Source: a virus | Lineage: Duplodnaviria; Caudoviricetes | DNA length: 64,000 bases | Reading direction: 5' to 3' (one strand) | IMG/VR virus record: IMGVR_UViG_3300008954_000001 | Shown here: positions 8,187 through 17,516 of the stretch, in pieces | Numbering within the stretch: the first letter of the stretch is position 1 | Layout of the letters: every line of letters begins with the position of its first letter | Program-made: the position numbers and the translations under genes | The notes under the pieces: generated by a model | Databases searched by the model: none | Told to the model about the DNA's origin: nothing | The model's input: the letters and a program-made list of their open reading frames with translations, nothing else

Positions 8187-10678
8187 ACGCCCTCGTGTTC
8201 GAGGATGGACTTGATTTCTTCTTGGGTCAGCCCCTTATCGAATTTTGCGTGGGCATACTCAACGATCTTGCCGACAAACTGTTCATAAAGTTCGTCGCTC
8301 TTGCCCTCTTTAGCGAGGCGGATCATGTCCTTGTCTTCAAGGATGGTATCGATTTCGGTAGAAGCAATCGTAGATACGGCGTTGACCATCCATTCCACAG
8401 CACTTCCAATACCCCCAAGAGCACCCGTCCCGTAGTTCCCCACAGCTTCAGCCATCGACCCACCCGCAAGCGTAGCTACATCCTGAGCGCCTTCAGCGTG
8501 GAGAAGCATCTTATCCCCTACCGCCGTGTACGCACCGATGCCGATATGGAGCGTAAGGGAGTTCAGAAAGGCTTTACCACCCACGGCGGCAAAGCCACCC
8601 GCAGTTGAAATGCCTCCGGTGGCAATACCGACACCTGTCGCTACTGCTATACCTCCCGCATAGATAGCGGAGCCGTATAGAACATCCCTCTCGCTGGCCT
8701 CTCCTTCACTACATTCAGTTTTGGAGCCTTCCGCATCACACCCCTTGGGCCATTTCTTCTTCTCGCTTGAAGGCACCCGCCCCTCTTTGATGCAATCCAT
8801 CAGAATCGTGGGTGTGTTGATAGCAACATTCCGAACTTCTCGAACGGTCGAGCCAGCCAGCTTTTTAACGATGTTTACAGGATTTGCGTGTTCCAGAATC
8901 TTCTTAGCAAGGCTTTTTGATTTCTTCTCGTCTGTGATCTGCGAAACGGCTTCTTGACCTTCCTTGGTCTGAATAGCTTTCGCTGTGGAGGCTGGCAGCT
9001 TCGTACCCTCAGGCACCCCCGCCGCTGACAAATGGGCTTTAGAAGGTGCGCTACCACCCCCAGAACCACCCCCGCTTTGGCTCTTTACCTTATGGTCACG
9101 CTCTTTGGCATTCGGGTGATCTCGCAGATGTTTCTTCATCGCCTCTTCGGTGGCGTGTTCCATCGCATAGCGATGAGCGACCTTTTGAGCCGAAAGTTTG
9201 AGTAAATAGCGTTCGGTTACTCGGTCTTGGCTGGTCTTGATCCCAGCTTCGGCAAGCTCATCTTCCAGTTCGTCGAGGATATCTTGCAAGGAAGTGGCTC
9301 CTGTGGGGGAACTTGACCCAACCTTCCCCATAGCTTTGTTCATAAATAGTTCCGGGTCGAAAGACAATGTGGGCCTCCCTTGCAATACAGCCCTTTCAAG
9401 AGAATCCTCTACTGAAGCTGTTGATAGGAAACGTAAAATAATCTCAGGATTGATATACGACTTACGAGTAGTATTCGCAGAGTCGTGAGACAAAGCGGCT
9501 TGCGCCACATCAATAGCCCTATTCAAAGTCTCCACAATCGCTTCCACCACCCTCTGTTTCAGGTCGGTTTTCGCTCCTGTGGAAAAGGCTTTAATCCGAT
9601 CAAACAAGGCGGCTTGTTCGTCTCGAAGCGCATCTAAAACAGCTTCCGTAGCCCGTAACTTCCTAAAGTCTGTGGGGGAAACGTCTTTGAACCGCTCTCG
9701 AAAGTAGCGTTGAAGGTCAGAGTAGGTGACTCGTTGGCCCTTGCTGGTAACGAAGATGAACTTACCGCCCTTAGCCTTGTCGGTTTGGGCTTTCAGGATC
9801 TTGATGATTTCAGCGTCCGTAAGGGAAGCGAAGTTATGGCCCCCCTTCTTGCCCAAGAATTCCAGTTCGGCAAAGTTGTCTCGGATGAATCTAACGTGCG
9901 ATGGGCCAAGCGTAATGGCCCCAAACGTCTCGATCTCAACCTTTTCTCCGTTCACCGTCTTAATGGCGGCATTTCCCTCTTTACCGGGTCGGATGCCTGT
10001 CTCCATCATGATCGCAGTAATCAGGGCGGAGAGCTTGATGACCTCATCCCCTGACTTTAGATCCCGCTTCACCTGCTTGGCGATCTGGTTGTAATCCCGA
10101 ATCAGGTTGTGCATTTTGTCGATCTTCTTCCCAAGCGTCAGGTGTTCGTTCTCGAACCGATCTGTGATCCCTTGAACTTGCCCGTTCTCATCGACATCTA
10201 CGACGATGTTATCGGGCAAGAAATCTCGAAGCTCGGTGGGAAGCACTTCCCGCATAGGGCCTTGGGCTTCGGCCATTGTGATCGCTTGAAAGCCCTTAAA
10301 GGCTTGTTTGTGGACTTCTACCAGAGCATCCCGAATAGTTTTACCTTTTGTAAGAACATCACGGGCTTGGTAGAGGATGGCTGACCGCCATGAGTAGGCT
10401 TTGGGGTGGTCGGCTTCCTTGCCGATATAGGTGTCTAAGTATTCGAGAAAGATGGGGTTATTCTTCACCAACTTGACGAAAGCTCTGGCCCTGCGAGAGA
10501 TCGACCCCTTATCCCGACCAGGGTGCTCCACTTTTGCGGAATCCGCATAGGGCTGGAGGGTTTTCAGGAGTTTCTTGAACTCCACCCCCGCCTTGCGGAC
10601 ATGCTTCTCCTGATCTTTTTTGTCTCGTTTGTACTGCCGAGACTCGTTAGTCGGTACTCTTGCCATTCGCTCTCTCAC
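8183..10678 (-). CDS. Second DNA topoisomerase IB fused to a Gly/Ala-rich hydrophobic C-terminal region
   Basis: Pentad R230 (GIRPG), K277 (GKKG), R339 (DFRK), H398, Y408 (SYINP). Confidence 0.75.
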   Translation of the reverse strand: MRERMARVPTNESRQYKRDKKDQEKHVRKAGVEFKKLLKTLQPYADSAKVEHPGRDKGSISRRARAFVKLVKNNPIFLEYLDTYIGKEADHPKAYSWRSAILYQARDVLTKGKTIRDALVEVHKQAFKGFQAITMAEAQGPMREVLPTELRDFLPDNIVVDVDENGQVQGITDRFENEHLTLGKKIDKMHNLIRDYNQIAKQVKRDLKSGDEVIKLSALITAIMMETGIRPGKEGNAAIKTVNGEKVEIETFGAITLGPSHVRFIRDNFAELEFLGKKGGHNFASLTDAEIIKILKAQTDKAKGGKFIFVTSKGQRVTYSDLQRYFRERFKDVSPTDFRKLRATEAVLDALRDEQAALFDRIKAFSTGAKTDLKQRVVEAIVETLNRAIDVAQAALSHDSANTTRKSYINPEIILRFLSTASVEDSLERAVLQGRPTLSFDPELFMNKAMGKVGSSSPTGATSLQDILDELEDELAEAGIKTSQDRVTERYLLKLSAQKVAHRYAMEHATEEAMKKHLRDHPNAKERDHKVKSQSGGGSGGGSAPSKAHLSAAGVPEGTKLPASTAKAIQTKEGQEAVSQITDEKKSKSLAKKILEHANPVNIVKKLAGSTVREVRNVAINTPTILMDCIKEGRVPSSEKKKWPKGCDAEGSKTECSEGEASERDVLYGSAIYAGGIAVATGVGIATGGISTAGGFAAVGGKAFLNSLTLHIGIGAYTAVGDKMLLHAEGAQDVATLAGGSMAEAVGNYGTGALGGIGSAVEWMVNAVSTIASTEIDTILEDKDMIRLAKEGKSDELYEQFVGKIVEYAHAKFDKGLTQEEIKSILEHEGV

Positions 10679-10803
10679 CGCTTACCCCAATAAAGGCACA
10701 CTACTCATAGAGTAGGATAAGAAATTTACCGAGATCCCATCCAACGGACTGTACCGATGAAGCGGGTATTGTGACCGTCTTACTTGGGATTGAGGAATAC
10801 ACC

Positions 10804-11004
10804 ATGATTTACTTAGTGCTCTACACAATGGCTGTTATTTGGGTCGTTGCGGGGCTTCTCTACGCTGACAATTACTTAGTACATAGCAAGACCGAAGTGG
10901 TTTTTGCCCCTCTTTTACTGGTCTTCACCACCTTCCAATTCATTTTGGAGCGTGGATACCGTCTTTATCAACGGGGAACACGATCTTATCTATTCAGCAG
11001 GTAG
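10804..11004 (+). CDS. Small membrane protein
   Basis: GAGGA RBS before ATG 10804; two hydrophobic segments. Confidence 0.55.
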   Translation: MIYLVLYTMAVIWVVAGLLYADNYLVHSKTEVVFAPLLLVFTTFQFILERGYRLYQRGTRSYLFSR

Positions 11005-11006
11005 CC

Positions 11007-11021
11007 GTTGGTTGCCCTATT
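11007..11021 (+). promoter_or_regulatory. Class B element GTT-GGTTG-CCCTATT (putative late promoter)
   Basis: Matches G[AGT]T-N5-CYYTAT consensus; upstream of ORF 11060. Confidence 0.45.
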
Positions 11022-11059
11022 GATCCACTAAAGCAACGGCTGCGGATCAAGGAGGCCCT

Positions 11060-11548
11060 ATGAGCTATTTAATGAACAAAAAGACCCGGTTTCGGCTTGG
11101 GGAGCTTGAAGATGCGGTAGAAGAACTCGCCTTCACACATACAATTTCGGCAGATCACGGGAGCAATCCCGACCAAATCGTGGTGTTTTCCTATAACGCT
11201 TCGGAGTTTCTTGGGGGGACAATGATTGTCTACCTCCGAGATGATGCCACGCCACCCAATACTGGCGTAGCTGAATACCTGTTCGTCAACGATCTTGCCT
11301 CCACACCCAATGCCGAAGCCAGCATAACAAAGGTCGATAAGCGGCATGTTAACGGAACCGCAGACCGAGGCACCACAGATCAACCTCTTAGTAATAACGC
11401 CGAAGCCCACATCGTAGATGGGGTCGTCAATCTGACGGTCGAACCTTCTAATATAGGTGCTCTCACCGCAGGTACGGTGCTGACAGGGGTTGCTTTAGTT
11501 ACCCCCATCCCGAACCTGTGGGAAATGGGCGGAGACCCTGGTGAGTGA
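11060..11548 (+). CDS. Hypothetical beta-rich acidic protein, possibly virion-associated
   Basis: AGGAGG RBS; class B element upstream. Confidence 0.6.
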   Translation: MSYLMNKKTRFRLGELEDAVEELAFTHTISADHGSNPDQIVVFSYNASEFLGGTMIVYLRDDATPPNTGVAEYLFVNDLASTPNAEASITKVDKRHVNGTADRGTTDQPLSNNAEAHIVDGVVNLTVEPSNIGALTAGTVLTGVALVTPIPNLWEMGGDPGE

Positions 11549-11550
11549 CC

Positions 11551-11793
11551 CTACTTGAACACTCGGTCTTTAGCTGTCTCGAACAACTGTGGAAGAAAGC
11601 TCTTTTTGAGGCGTAGAAGTCTCTCGAACTTCACCTTCTTACGAGCATCCACATAGAGTTGTGTAGGCTTCTTAATCTCGCCCTCAATAAGCTGATCCGA
11701 GAAATCATAGAACTTGGTACGCTCAGGGGGCTTCGCATAAGCATTGGTGTGGAAAAAGCTCAGAGCCAAGACCATCAGTAAACCCCTAATCAT
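11551..11793 (-). CDS. CglF/GltF-like small secreted protein (myxobacterial gliding-motility family)
   Basis: Signal peptide followed by YDFSDQLIEGEIKKP...YVDARKKVKFERLLRLKKSFLPQL, matching my recollection of the CglF DF-x-D-x-I-E-G-E-x-x-K-P...F-x-x-L-(I/L) signature. Confidence 0.55.
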   Translation of the reverse strand: MIRGLLMVLALSFFHTNAYAKPPERTKFYDFSDQLIEGEIKKPTQLYVDARKKVKFERLLRLKKSFLPQLFETAKDRVFK

Positions 11794-11962
11794 CGTCTGG
11801 CTCCTCTACCCAAGAGGAAAAGCTCAAACCAAGACCACAACATGCCATGCTGATTAGACCTAAAAGCATTAAGTCCGTATTCCCCATGGCGGTCGCTAAC
11901 CCAAACAGGGCTAAGTTCATGCCCAAAGCACCAACCACAAGATCCCTGAACAAGCGTCTCAT
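11786..11962 (-). CDS. Small two-helix membrane protein (58 aa; not in ORF track)
   Basis: Manual translation MRRLFRDLVVGALGMNLALFGLATAMGNTDLMLLGLISMACCGLGLSFSSWVEEPDDD; fills the gap between coupled neighbours. Confidence 0.55.
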   Translation of the reverse strand: MRRLFRDLVVGALGMNLALFGLATAMGNTDLMLLGLISMACCGLGLSFSSWVEEPDDD

Positions 11963-11965
11963 GGC

Positions 11966-12301
11966 TCAACCCTCTTTGTTCATGGCTTCCATCAACTTGA
12001 TAGCCATGAGCCACTGAAGCATCTTTTGAAGGTCCATTTCAGGGGACTCTTCAGTAGGCGTAGCGGCTTGGGTTCTAAGAGAGCACCAATCTTGGGTGGA
12101 CATTTGCGGGCCGTAAGCACCGCTTGAAAAATCGGCGGCCCCCATTTCGGCGGCCTTCGTGTCCCCACCCGAAGATGACGACCCCGTGTTTACAGCAGGG
12201 GTAGCTTCCGCACCCCCAACAGCGGCGGCTCCTGAACCAGCACTAACTGATCCGCCAGCGTTAGCTGCGCCTCCCGCTCCTCCAACTCCTCCAACATTCA
12301 T
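11966..12301 (-). CDS. Gly/Ala-rich low-complexity protein with amphipathic C-terminal helix
   Basis: ORF with AGAAGG RBS; C-terminus MDLQKMLQWLMAIKLMEAM. Confidence 0.55.
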   Translation of the reverse strand: MNVGGVGGAGGAANAGGSVSAGSGAAAVGGAEATPAVNTGSSSSGGDTKAAEMGAADFSSGAYGPQMSTQDWCSLRTQAATPTEESPEMDLQKMLQWLMAIKLMEAMNKEG

Positions 12302-12310
12302 AACCTTCTC

Positions 12311-12505
12311 TCACTTTGGTTTGTTCCATGGCTTTTTGCCCCAAGCGATGAGAAGTGCTTTACAAAGAGTCAAAACGATTCGATTGTGGTTGTGGAAGAT
12401 ATTCAACTGCTGTCTACCCGACAGCGACAACCATTCTCTTACTTGTTCTTCCGAAAGAGTTTCTGGGTCCCAGTTTGGTTCTTCAGATTTCTTTCGATAG
12501 GACAC
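12311..12505 (-). CDS. Hypothetical protein (likely GTG start at 12505; ORF track extends to 12598)
   Basis: AAGGTGAGG RBS before GTG. Confidence 0.45.
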   Translation of the reverse strand: MSYRKKSEEPNWDPETLSEEQVREWLSLSGRQQLNIFHNHNRIVLTLCKALLIAWGKKPWNKPK

Positions 12506-14763
12506 GACCTCACCTTTGGAAAACCCACATCGTTGGGATGAATACATTGTTGTGTAGGTAGGTGCAGCCACATTTCTTGTGTTTGGTGTGTACCGCACTG
12601 CGTTGGTTTATGTTTCAGTTTTGAGAGAGATTGAAACTGAAACACTCCAAAAGCAGCGGGAGAGAACCGCATAGTTCTATGAATAGGTAACAATAGGGGA
12701 TCAATCGAATAACTGTCCCATAACCAAGCCCCTTGCTGGGCATCTTCGCCACCACAAGCGGTTTCTTCAAGGATATCCATAAGGTTGTCGAACATCACTT
12801 GTGGGTTCGCAGTAAGCTGAAACCAAGACCCGCCAACGGAAACAGGCTCCCACCCAAGAGGGCCAATTTGCCCCCCACCACCCGATTTGCTGAAAGTGTA
12901 GATGGATAAATCATCCGCAGCGGCGGCCCACTCTTGGATAAGGGGTTGTGTTGTCATGGGGTTAAGAAAACTTTGGCCGTGTTCATCAGAGAAGATAATT
13001 ACGACGTGGTGAACATCCTCTCGCCAATTGATATGCCAGTTATCAATGCTGGGATCAGACCCCACTCCGAAGCCCCCCCAATTCAGTGGGGGTAGTGCGG
13101 GCACATCTCCAGGCTCAACCAGATTTCTAATGCTCAAAAGCAAAGCATCGTAAAGCATCTCGCTGCTCGTGGGTTCATCATCTACCGTCGCCAAATGCCC
13201 CAAGAACTGATTGAAGGGAACGAGATTGGTAGCCAAATGAAGAGTGTCATCGAAGTTTTGATCGATTGGCCCAACCACCAAACCCCATTGGACAACTTCT
13301 TGATCCGCATAATGGGTTGAAAACATACCCATCGCTTGCTGAACAGCATTGATTGTAGAGGACATGGAGCCAGAGGTGTCCACGATGAAGAGGACATCGG
13401 TGTCTTCTAAGACATTTTCAATGACTCCATCACAGTTGTCATCCTGACCTGTGCATAAGTCTTCTTCCAGCGGCGTAACTTCTCCCAGACACATGTCTTC
13501 AACGAAAAACTCGTCTACAAAGTTGCCCCACTGACCACTTACGCACAACATATCCCCAGGAGCGCAAACCCCAACATTCACGGTTCCTTCTGGCCCTGTG
13601 TAGCATTGGGCCATCAAATCCTCATCGATCAGTTCGTCGCAATCGTCATCAAAGTTGTTGCAAATCTCCTCCACAGGAGTCCCGCCTGTTGGGTCACACA
13701 CTTCGTTTGGTTCGGGCAACCAATGGCACATAGCAAAACATTGTGTCATTTGAGTTGTTACACAGTTTTCATCGGCGCACTCGCAGGACTTGAACCCTTG
13801 TCCACAAAGGAGCGGGTCTTCCATGCACGGGATCAAGAACCCGATCATTTCGGGCGGGCAAGCACAATCCAGCCCATCATCGATCAGCCCATTACAGTCG
13901 TCATCTAATCCGTTGCACTCTTCGGGCATCGGGGGCTGTGCGGTGCATCCTGTCCAAGCTCCCTCAATGCAAAATTCAACCCCTTGCTCACAGTCGGTTT
14001 CACACCCTTGAAGCAACTCTTCGTCTGTCAATGCGTCACAGTCGTTATCGAGGCCGTCACAAACCTCTGGGACGGGTAGAGGGGCATCGCAAAGGACTAA
14101 CTCGCCTTCGATGCAAAGAGCGTTTCCTGGCCCACACTCGGACTCACAGGGGTACTCCCCTTCGTCCACGACTCCATCGCAATCGTTATCTATCGCATCA
14201 CAGATTTCGACCTCACACGGAACACAAGGGCCAGCCATGATCTGCCCCTTCTCGCAGGTGAAGTCTTGAAGTCCTGTATATTCCTCCCCGTTCTCATCTA
14301 TGTCCGTGCAAGGGACATCTTCATTGACGATGATATCTGGGTTGGTGGGATCACACTCAAGCCAATTTTCACACTCTCCCATACTGACCACTTGCCATTG
14401 GCAGTCGGGGTCGTTGGCGAAAGCGGGGGTACAAGGCTCTCCGTTGGCATCGCAGACATCTAAAACCAAGGCTTGCATATAGAGGGCGGGATCGTCTCCG
14501 GGAGGGTGGCCGTCAGGGGTGCAAAAGAACATTTGGGTTTTCCAGCACTGCTGCTGGTATTCATATTCTTCCCCACAATGACAAGGTACGCCGCAGCATC
14601 CCGAATCCGCTTCCTCATCGGGGGTATCCGCATCTATGAAGGGAATGTCGGCATCTGAAGGGGTGGATATTCCCCGTTCAGGCACATCGGCTTCGTTCCC
14701 GCTTCTGTTTTCCGTACACCCGAAAACGGCCAATACCGCCAACAACCACAATGTTTTCTTCAC
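12439..14763 (-). CDS. Lipoprotein with Cys/Asp-rich CDxxDNDCDG repeats and a vWA domain
   Basis: Lipobox-like AVFGC; repeated CDAIDNDCDG/CDGLDNDCD/CNGLDDDCNG/CNNFDDDCD; vWA strand DVLFIVDTSGSMS with intact MIDAS DxSxS. Confidence 0.75.
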   Translation of the reverse strand: MKKTLWLLAVLAVFGCTENRSGNEADVPERGISTPSDADIPFIDADTPDEEADSGCCGVPCHCGEEYEYQQQCWKTQMFFCTPDGHPPGDDPALYMQALVLDVCDANGEPCTPAFANDPDCQWQVVSMGECENWLECDPTNPDIIVNEDVPCTDIDENGEEYTGLQDFTCEKGQIMAGPCVPCEVEICDAIDNDCDGVVDEGEYPCESECGPGNALCIEGELVLCDAPLPVPEVCDGLDNDCDALTDEELLQGCETDCEQGVEFCIEGAWTGCTAQPPMPEECNGLDDDCNGLIDDGLDCACPPEMIGFLIPCMEDPLLCGQGFKSCECADENCVTTQMTQCFAMCHWLPEPNEVCDPTGGTPVEEICNNFDDDCDELIDEDLMAQCYTGPEGTVNVGVCAPGDMLCVSGQWGNFVDEFFVEDMCLGEVTPLEEDLCTGQDDNCDGVIENVLEDTDVLFIVDTSGSMSSTINAVQQAMGMFSTHYADQEVVQWGLVVGPIDQNFDDTLHLATNLVPFNQFLGHLATVDDEPTSSEMLYDALLLSIRNLVEPGDVPALPPLNWGGFGVGSDPSIDNWHINWREDVHHVVIIFSDEHGQSFLNPMTTQPLIQEWAAAADDLSIYTFSKSGGGGQIGPLGWEPVSVGGSWFQLTANPQVMFDNLMDILEETACGGEDAQQGAWLWDSYSIDPLLLPIHRTMRFSPAAFGVFQFQSLSKLKHKPTQCGTHQTQEMWLHLPTQQCIHPNDVGFPKVRSCPIERNLKNQTGTQKLFRKNK

Positions 14764-14766
14764 AGC

Positions 14767-15078
14767 TTACCCCTTCTTCTTTGCTCCCTTACCCGAAGAT
14801 TTTTTCTGAAAGCCCGACACAAAAACTTGATGTAGCAACACCCCAAAGGTCTGGATGGTCTTGTGCTCCATCTCGGCTTCCGCAAAGTGATTGAGGGCTT
14901 CAATCACCTCATGCCAAAAAGTTTCCCAAGCAAGGGAATCGGAGAGGCTTTTGTCCAAGTAGATCGACATCTTGTCCAGATCCCACATTCCGTAGGCTTC
15001 GGAATGTTCTACAAGGTCTTGTTTCATAACGACCTTTATTTCATGGCCGCCAATTTGAATTTTGCTTGGGATTTCCAT
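14767..15078 (-). CDS. Small phage protein with HExxE (zincin-like) motif
   Basis: ETFWHEVIEAL; YGMWDLDKMSIYL. Confidence 0.55.
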   Translation of the reverse strand: MEIPSKIQIGGHEIKVVMKQDLVEHSEAYGMWDLDKMSIYLDKSLSDSLAWETFWHEVIEALNHFAEAEMEHKTIQTFGVLLHQVFVSGFQKKSSGKGAKKKG

Positions 15079-15080
15079 CT

Positions 15081-15890
15081 CTAATCTGCCTCTTTCTCCT
15101 TTGTAGGAGGACTTTTCATGGCCTTATCTTTGACAGATTCCATGACTGTCCGAATTCCTGCATAGGGGGGAGAAAAAGCGATATTCTCAAATCCGACCAG
15201 AGTGCCACTGGTGACTCCCACTAATTCACCGTTCTCATTAACGATGGGGGAACCAGAGCTACCGCTTTTTGTTGGGATTGTGTAAACGTCGTATGGGATC
15301 GGCACACCGCCCAAATCTGGGTTTGGTGGGGGGTATTCCGAAGTCGTTCCAGCACTCAAACCTTCCAGTATGGGCAGAAGGTCGGAGCCGAAGGTTCCTA
15401 AAGGAGCGGCCATGGCAAAGACTCTTTCGCCTCGCTTAGTGGGCCGTGGTGCCATTTCAAGGATGGCGGGAGGTCGCATACCTCTGATCTTTAGTACGCA
15501 AAGATCCAAACTCGGATAAATGTCTTCAACAGCCGCTTCGTAAGCGACACCGCCAAGAATCATTACTCGAACATAGGAACTGGTTTCGGGTTCAAAGAGT
15601 TCCCCATCAGGCCCTTGTAAGATAACTTTGTTCGGGGCACAGACATGGCCCGCCGTGATCCCCCATGAATCAAAACCATTTGTGGCGGCTATAAAACCAG
15701 AGCCAGAGAAGGAAGCCCGCCCAAGCTCCATGCACTGATCTCCCACACACGTAGAGAATACGACTCTCTTGATTACAAAGAGAAAGCTGTTGTGGGCGAA
15801 CTGAGAGGGGTTCATCCGAGCGGTGCGAGCACAGGATGTGGTTAAAATAAGCAGTAGCATGGTGCTGATTATTACAATTTGCCGTTTCAT
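15081..15890 (-). CDS. Trypsin-like (S1) serine protease, probable lipoprotein
   Basis: TAGHVC, DLC and GSSGSP catalytic motifs; LTTSC lipobox; ATG 15890 overlaps the upstream stop (ATGA). Confidence 0.8.
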   Translation of the reverse strand: MKRQIVIISTMLLLILTTSCARTARMNPSQFAHNSFLFVIKRVVFSTCVGDQCMELGRASFSGSGFIAATNGFDSWGITAGHVCAPNKVILQGPDGELFEPETSSYVRVMILGGVAYEAAVEDIYPSLDLCVLKIRGMRPPAILEMAPRPTKRGERVFAMAAPLGTFGSDLLPILEGLSAGTTSEYPPPNPDLGGVPIPYDVYTIPTKSGSSGSPIVNENGELVGVTSGTLVGFENIAFSPPYAGIRTVMESVKDKAMKSPPTKEKEAD

Positions 15891-17488
15891 TCTTCCCTCA
15901 CAGGGCAAAACATGGTCCCGATAGGACCGTCTTCGAGATCCACTAAAACACCCATCAAACCAGCTTCACTGGTGACGTAGCCTTTGCCCGAATGCCATGC
16001 GTCTGGCGAAGCAAGGGAGGGCAATAGATAGTGTCTAATGCCGCCGATTTCTTGGATGCGTTGATGATGTAGGTGGCCGCCAAAAGCGACGTGGTGCCGA
16101 GCTTTGCCCCAATCGGCCCGCCGTTCTTTTGCCATAATAGGCCCCAGGTCTTTGACCTTGGCCGTATCGCCATGTGTAAAACAAGCTAAGGTAGTGCCAA
16201 TAGACTGATACACACGCATCTGGTGGTTGCGAACCACCTCTACTCGATTGCTGCCCTCATATGCAGCGTGGAGATAAAGTAGGAGTGCGTGAGAGTTAGC
16301 CCGGTCATGGTTACCGGACATGAGCACAACTTTCACGGGAGCAACCTGTGAAAGAATATCGATATGCTCTCGTTGAAGTTCACAACCCGTCAAAAGAATC
16401 TCCAAAGCGGAGCCTTCCGAATCTTGGGGGGTGCCTTTCGTAGTCGCTTTCTCTGGCCCGATCCCATCAATGTGAAAGAAATCTGACCCTACGGCGACCG
16501 TAATACCTTGTGGTTGACCGGGTAATCGAGAGATCAAGTCTTCCGTACTTTGCATCAATCGTTTTCGGGCAATGGTTCGATTGTAATCGTGACCACTCTC
16601 TCCCGCCCATGAGTACATGCCCCAATGAAAATCTGTGGCTGAAGTGACTAACCAGTAAGGCTTATCCGCCCGATGGAGCTTCAACTTCGGGACCGTGTAC
16701 TCGGTGTGGAAATCTCCAACCCAACCTCGAATACGATTGAGAACTGTGGCCTCAAAATCCCACCAGCTTCGAGCGGCGGAGGCAGTCTCTCTGGCACCAA
16801 GCTCTTCCGTCTTGGTCGCCAAGGCTCCAAACTTTAGAGCTAAAGCGTCTTGCGCCAGTTCATCAACACCACGCTTTGCTACCTCTTCGGCTGAAAAGGG
16901 GGCTGAATCATGTGTGATCCCATGTGACTTAAGGTAGCCGACAACCCAGTTTCGAGGGAGGCCCGTGCGACGAGAGATCCCGTTCAGCGAAACAGGTTGT
17001 CCATCCCAATTTGAATACCAACGAAGAATAGAGCGATGGGCTTCACCAGATGTGGTTACCCATCCCTTTGCCTGTTGGATATATGTTTTGTAGGAGTCGC
17101 CCGCTTCGTCAAAGACATAGAGATTGTGCTCTACATCTATTGGCTCAAAGGCAAGGTCATCCGAGTTAGAGGCTTCTACCTCTAAGTCATCCTCTTCTAA
17201 TGTGTTATCGGACGAGGCTTGTAGGGCCTCGAAAAACCGGATCGTTGTTAAACGGTTCGGTTTGGTTGTTGGAGGGTTTGTATTTGGACCGCCCTCCTGC
17301 TTCACTCGTTTGATGCACAGGTCAACGTCCCATCGTTTCGGTTCGCTGCCCTCGGTCAGGGCCACTAACTGTATTAGGCCAGTACGACCTAATGGTACAG
17401 TGGCAACCTGATCTCCGTACTTCTCCCAGAGTAGGTCGGATCTTTCGCTCAAAGTAAAACCCCCATCCCGTAGCTTCGGGGTAGCCAA
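15887..17488 (-). CDS. Calcineurin-like metallophosphoesterase with N-terminal extension/HTH
   Basis: TDFHWG, GSDFFH, GNHD, HGD and GHLH motifs; TTG start uncertain. Confidence 0.75.
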   Translation of the reverse strand: MATPKLRDGGFTLSERSDLLWEKYGDQVATVPLGRTGLIQLVALTEGSEPKRWDVDLCIKRVKQEGGPNTNPPTTKPNRLTTIRFFEALQASSDNTLEEDDLEVEASNSDDLAFEPIDVEHNLYVFDEAGDSYKTYIQQAKGWVTTSGEAHRSILRWYSNWDGQPVSLNGISRRTGLPRNWVVGYLKSHGITHDSAPFSAEEVAKRGVDELAQDALALKFGALATKTEELGARETASAARSWWDFEATVLNRIRGWVGDFHTEYTVPKLKLHRADKPYWLVTSATDFHWGMYSWAGESGHDYNRTIARKRLMQSTEDLISRLPGQPQGITVAVGSDFFHIDGIGPEKATTKGTPQDSEGSALEILLTGCELQREHIDILSQVAPVKVVLMSGNHDRANSHALLLYLHAAYEGSNRVEVVRNHQMRVYQSIGTTLACFTHGDTAKVKDLGPIMAKERRADWGKARHHVAFGGHLHHQRIQEIGGIRHYLLPSLASPDAWHSGKGYVTSEAGLMGVLVDLEDGPIGTMFCPVREE

Positions 17489-17516
17489 ACTTGGTTATTC
17501 TCTGTGCTTGCTTTAG

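Noticed and set aside
5003-10384. Many plus-strand ORFs opposite the TopIB genes, and similar antisense ORFs elsewhere (e.g. 19560-20153, 46761-47297)
   Set aside because: Shadow ORFs on the antisense strand of motif-bearing genes, without RBS or recognisable motifs.
12692-12706. Class B promoter match GAT-TGATC-CCCTATT (minus strand)
   Set aside because: Lies inside the vWA ORF coding sequence; could be chance or an internal promoter, so not listed as a feature.
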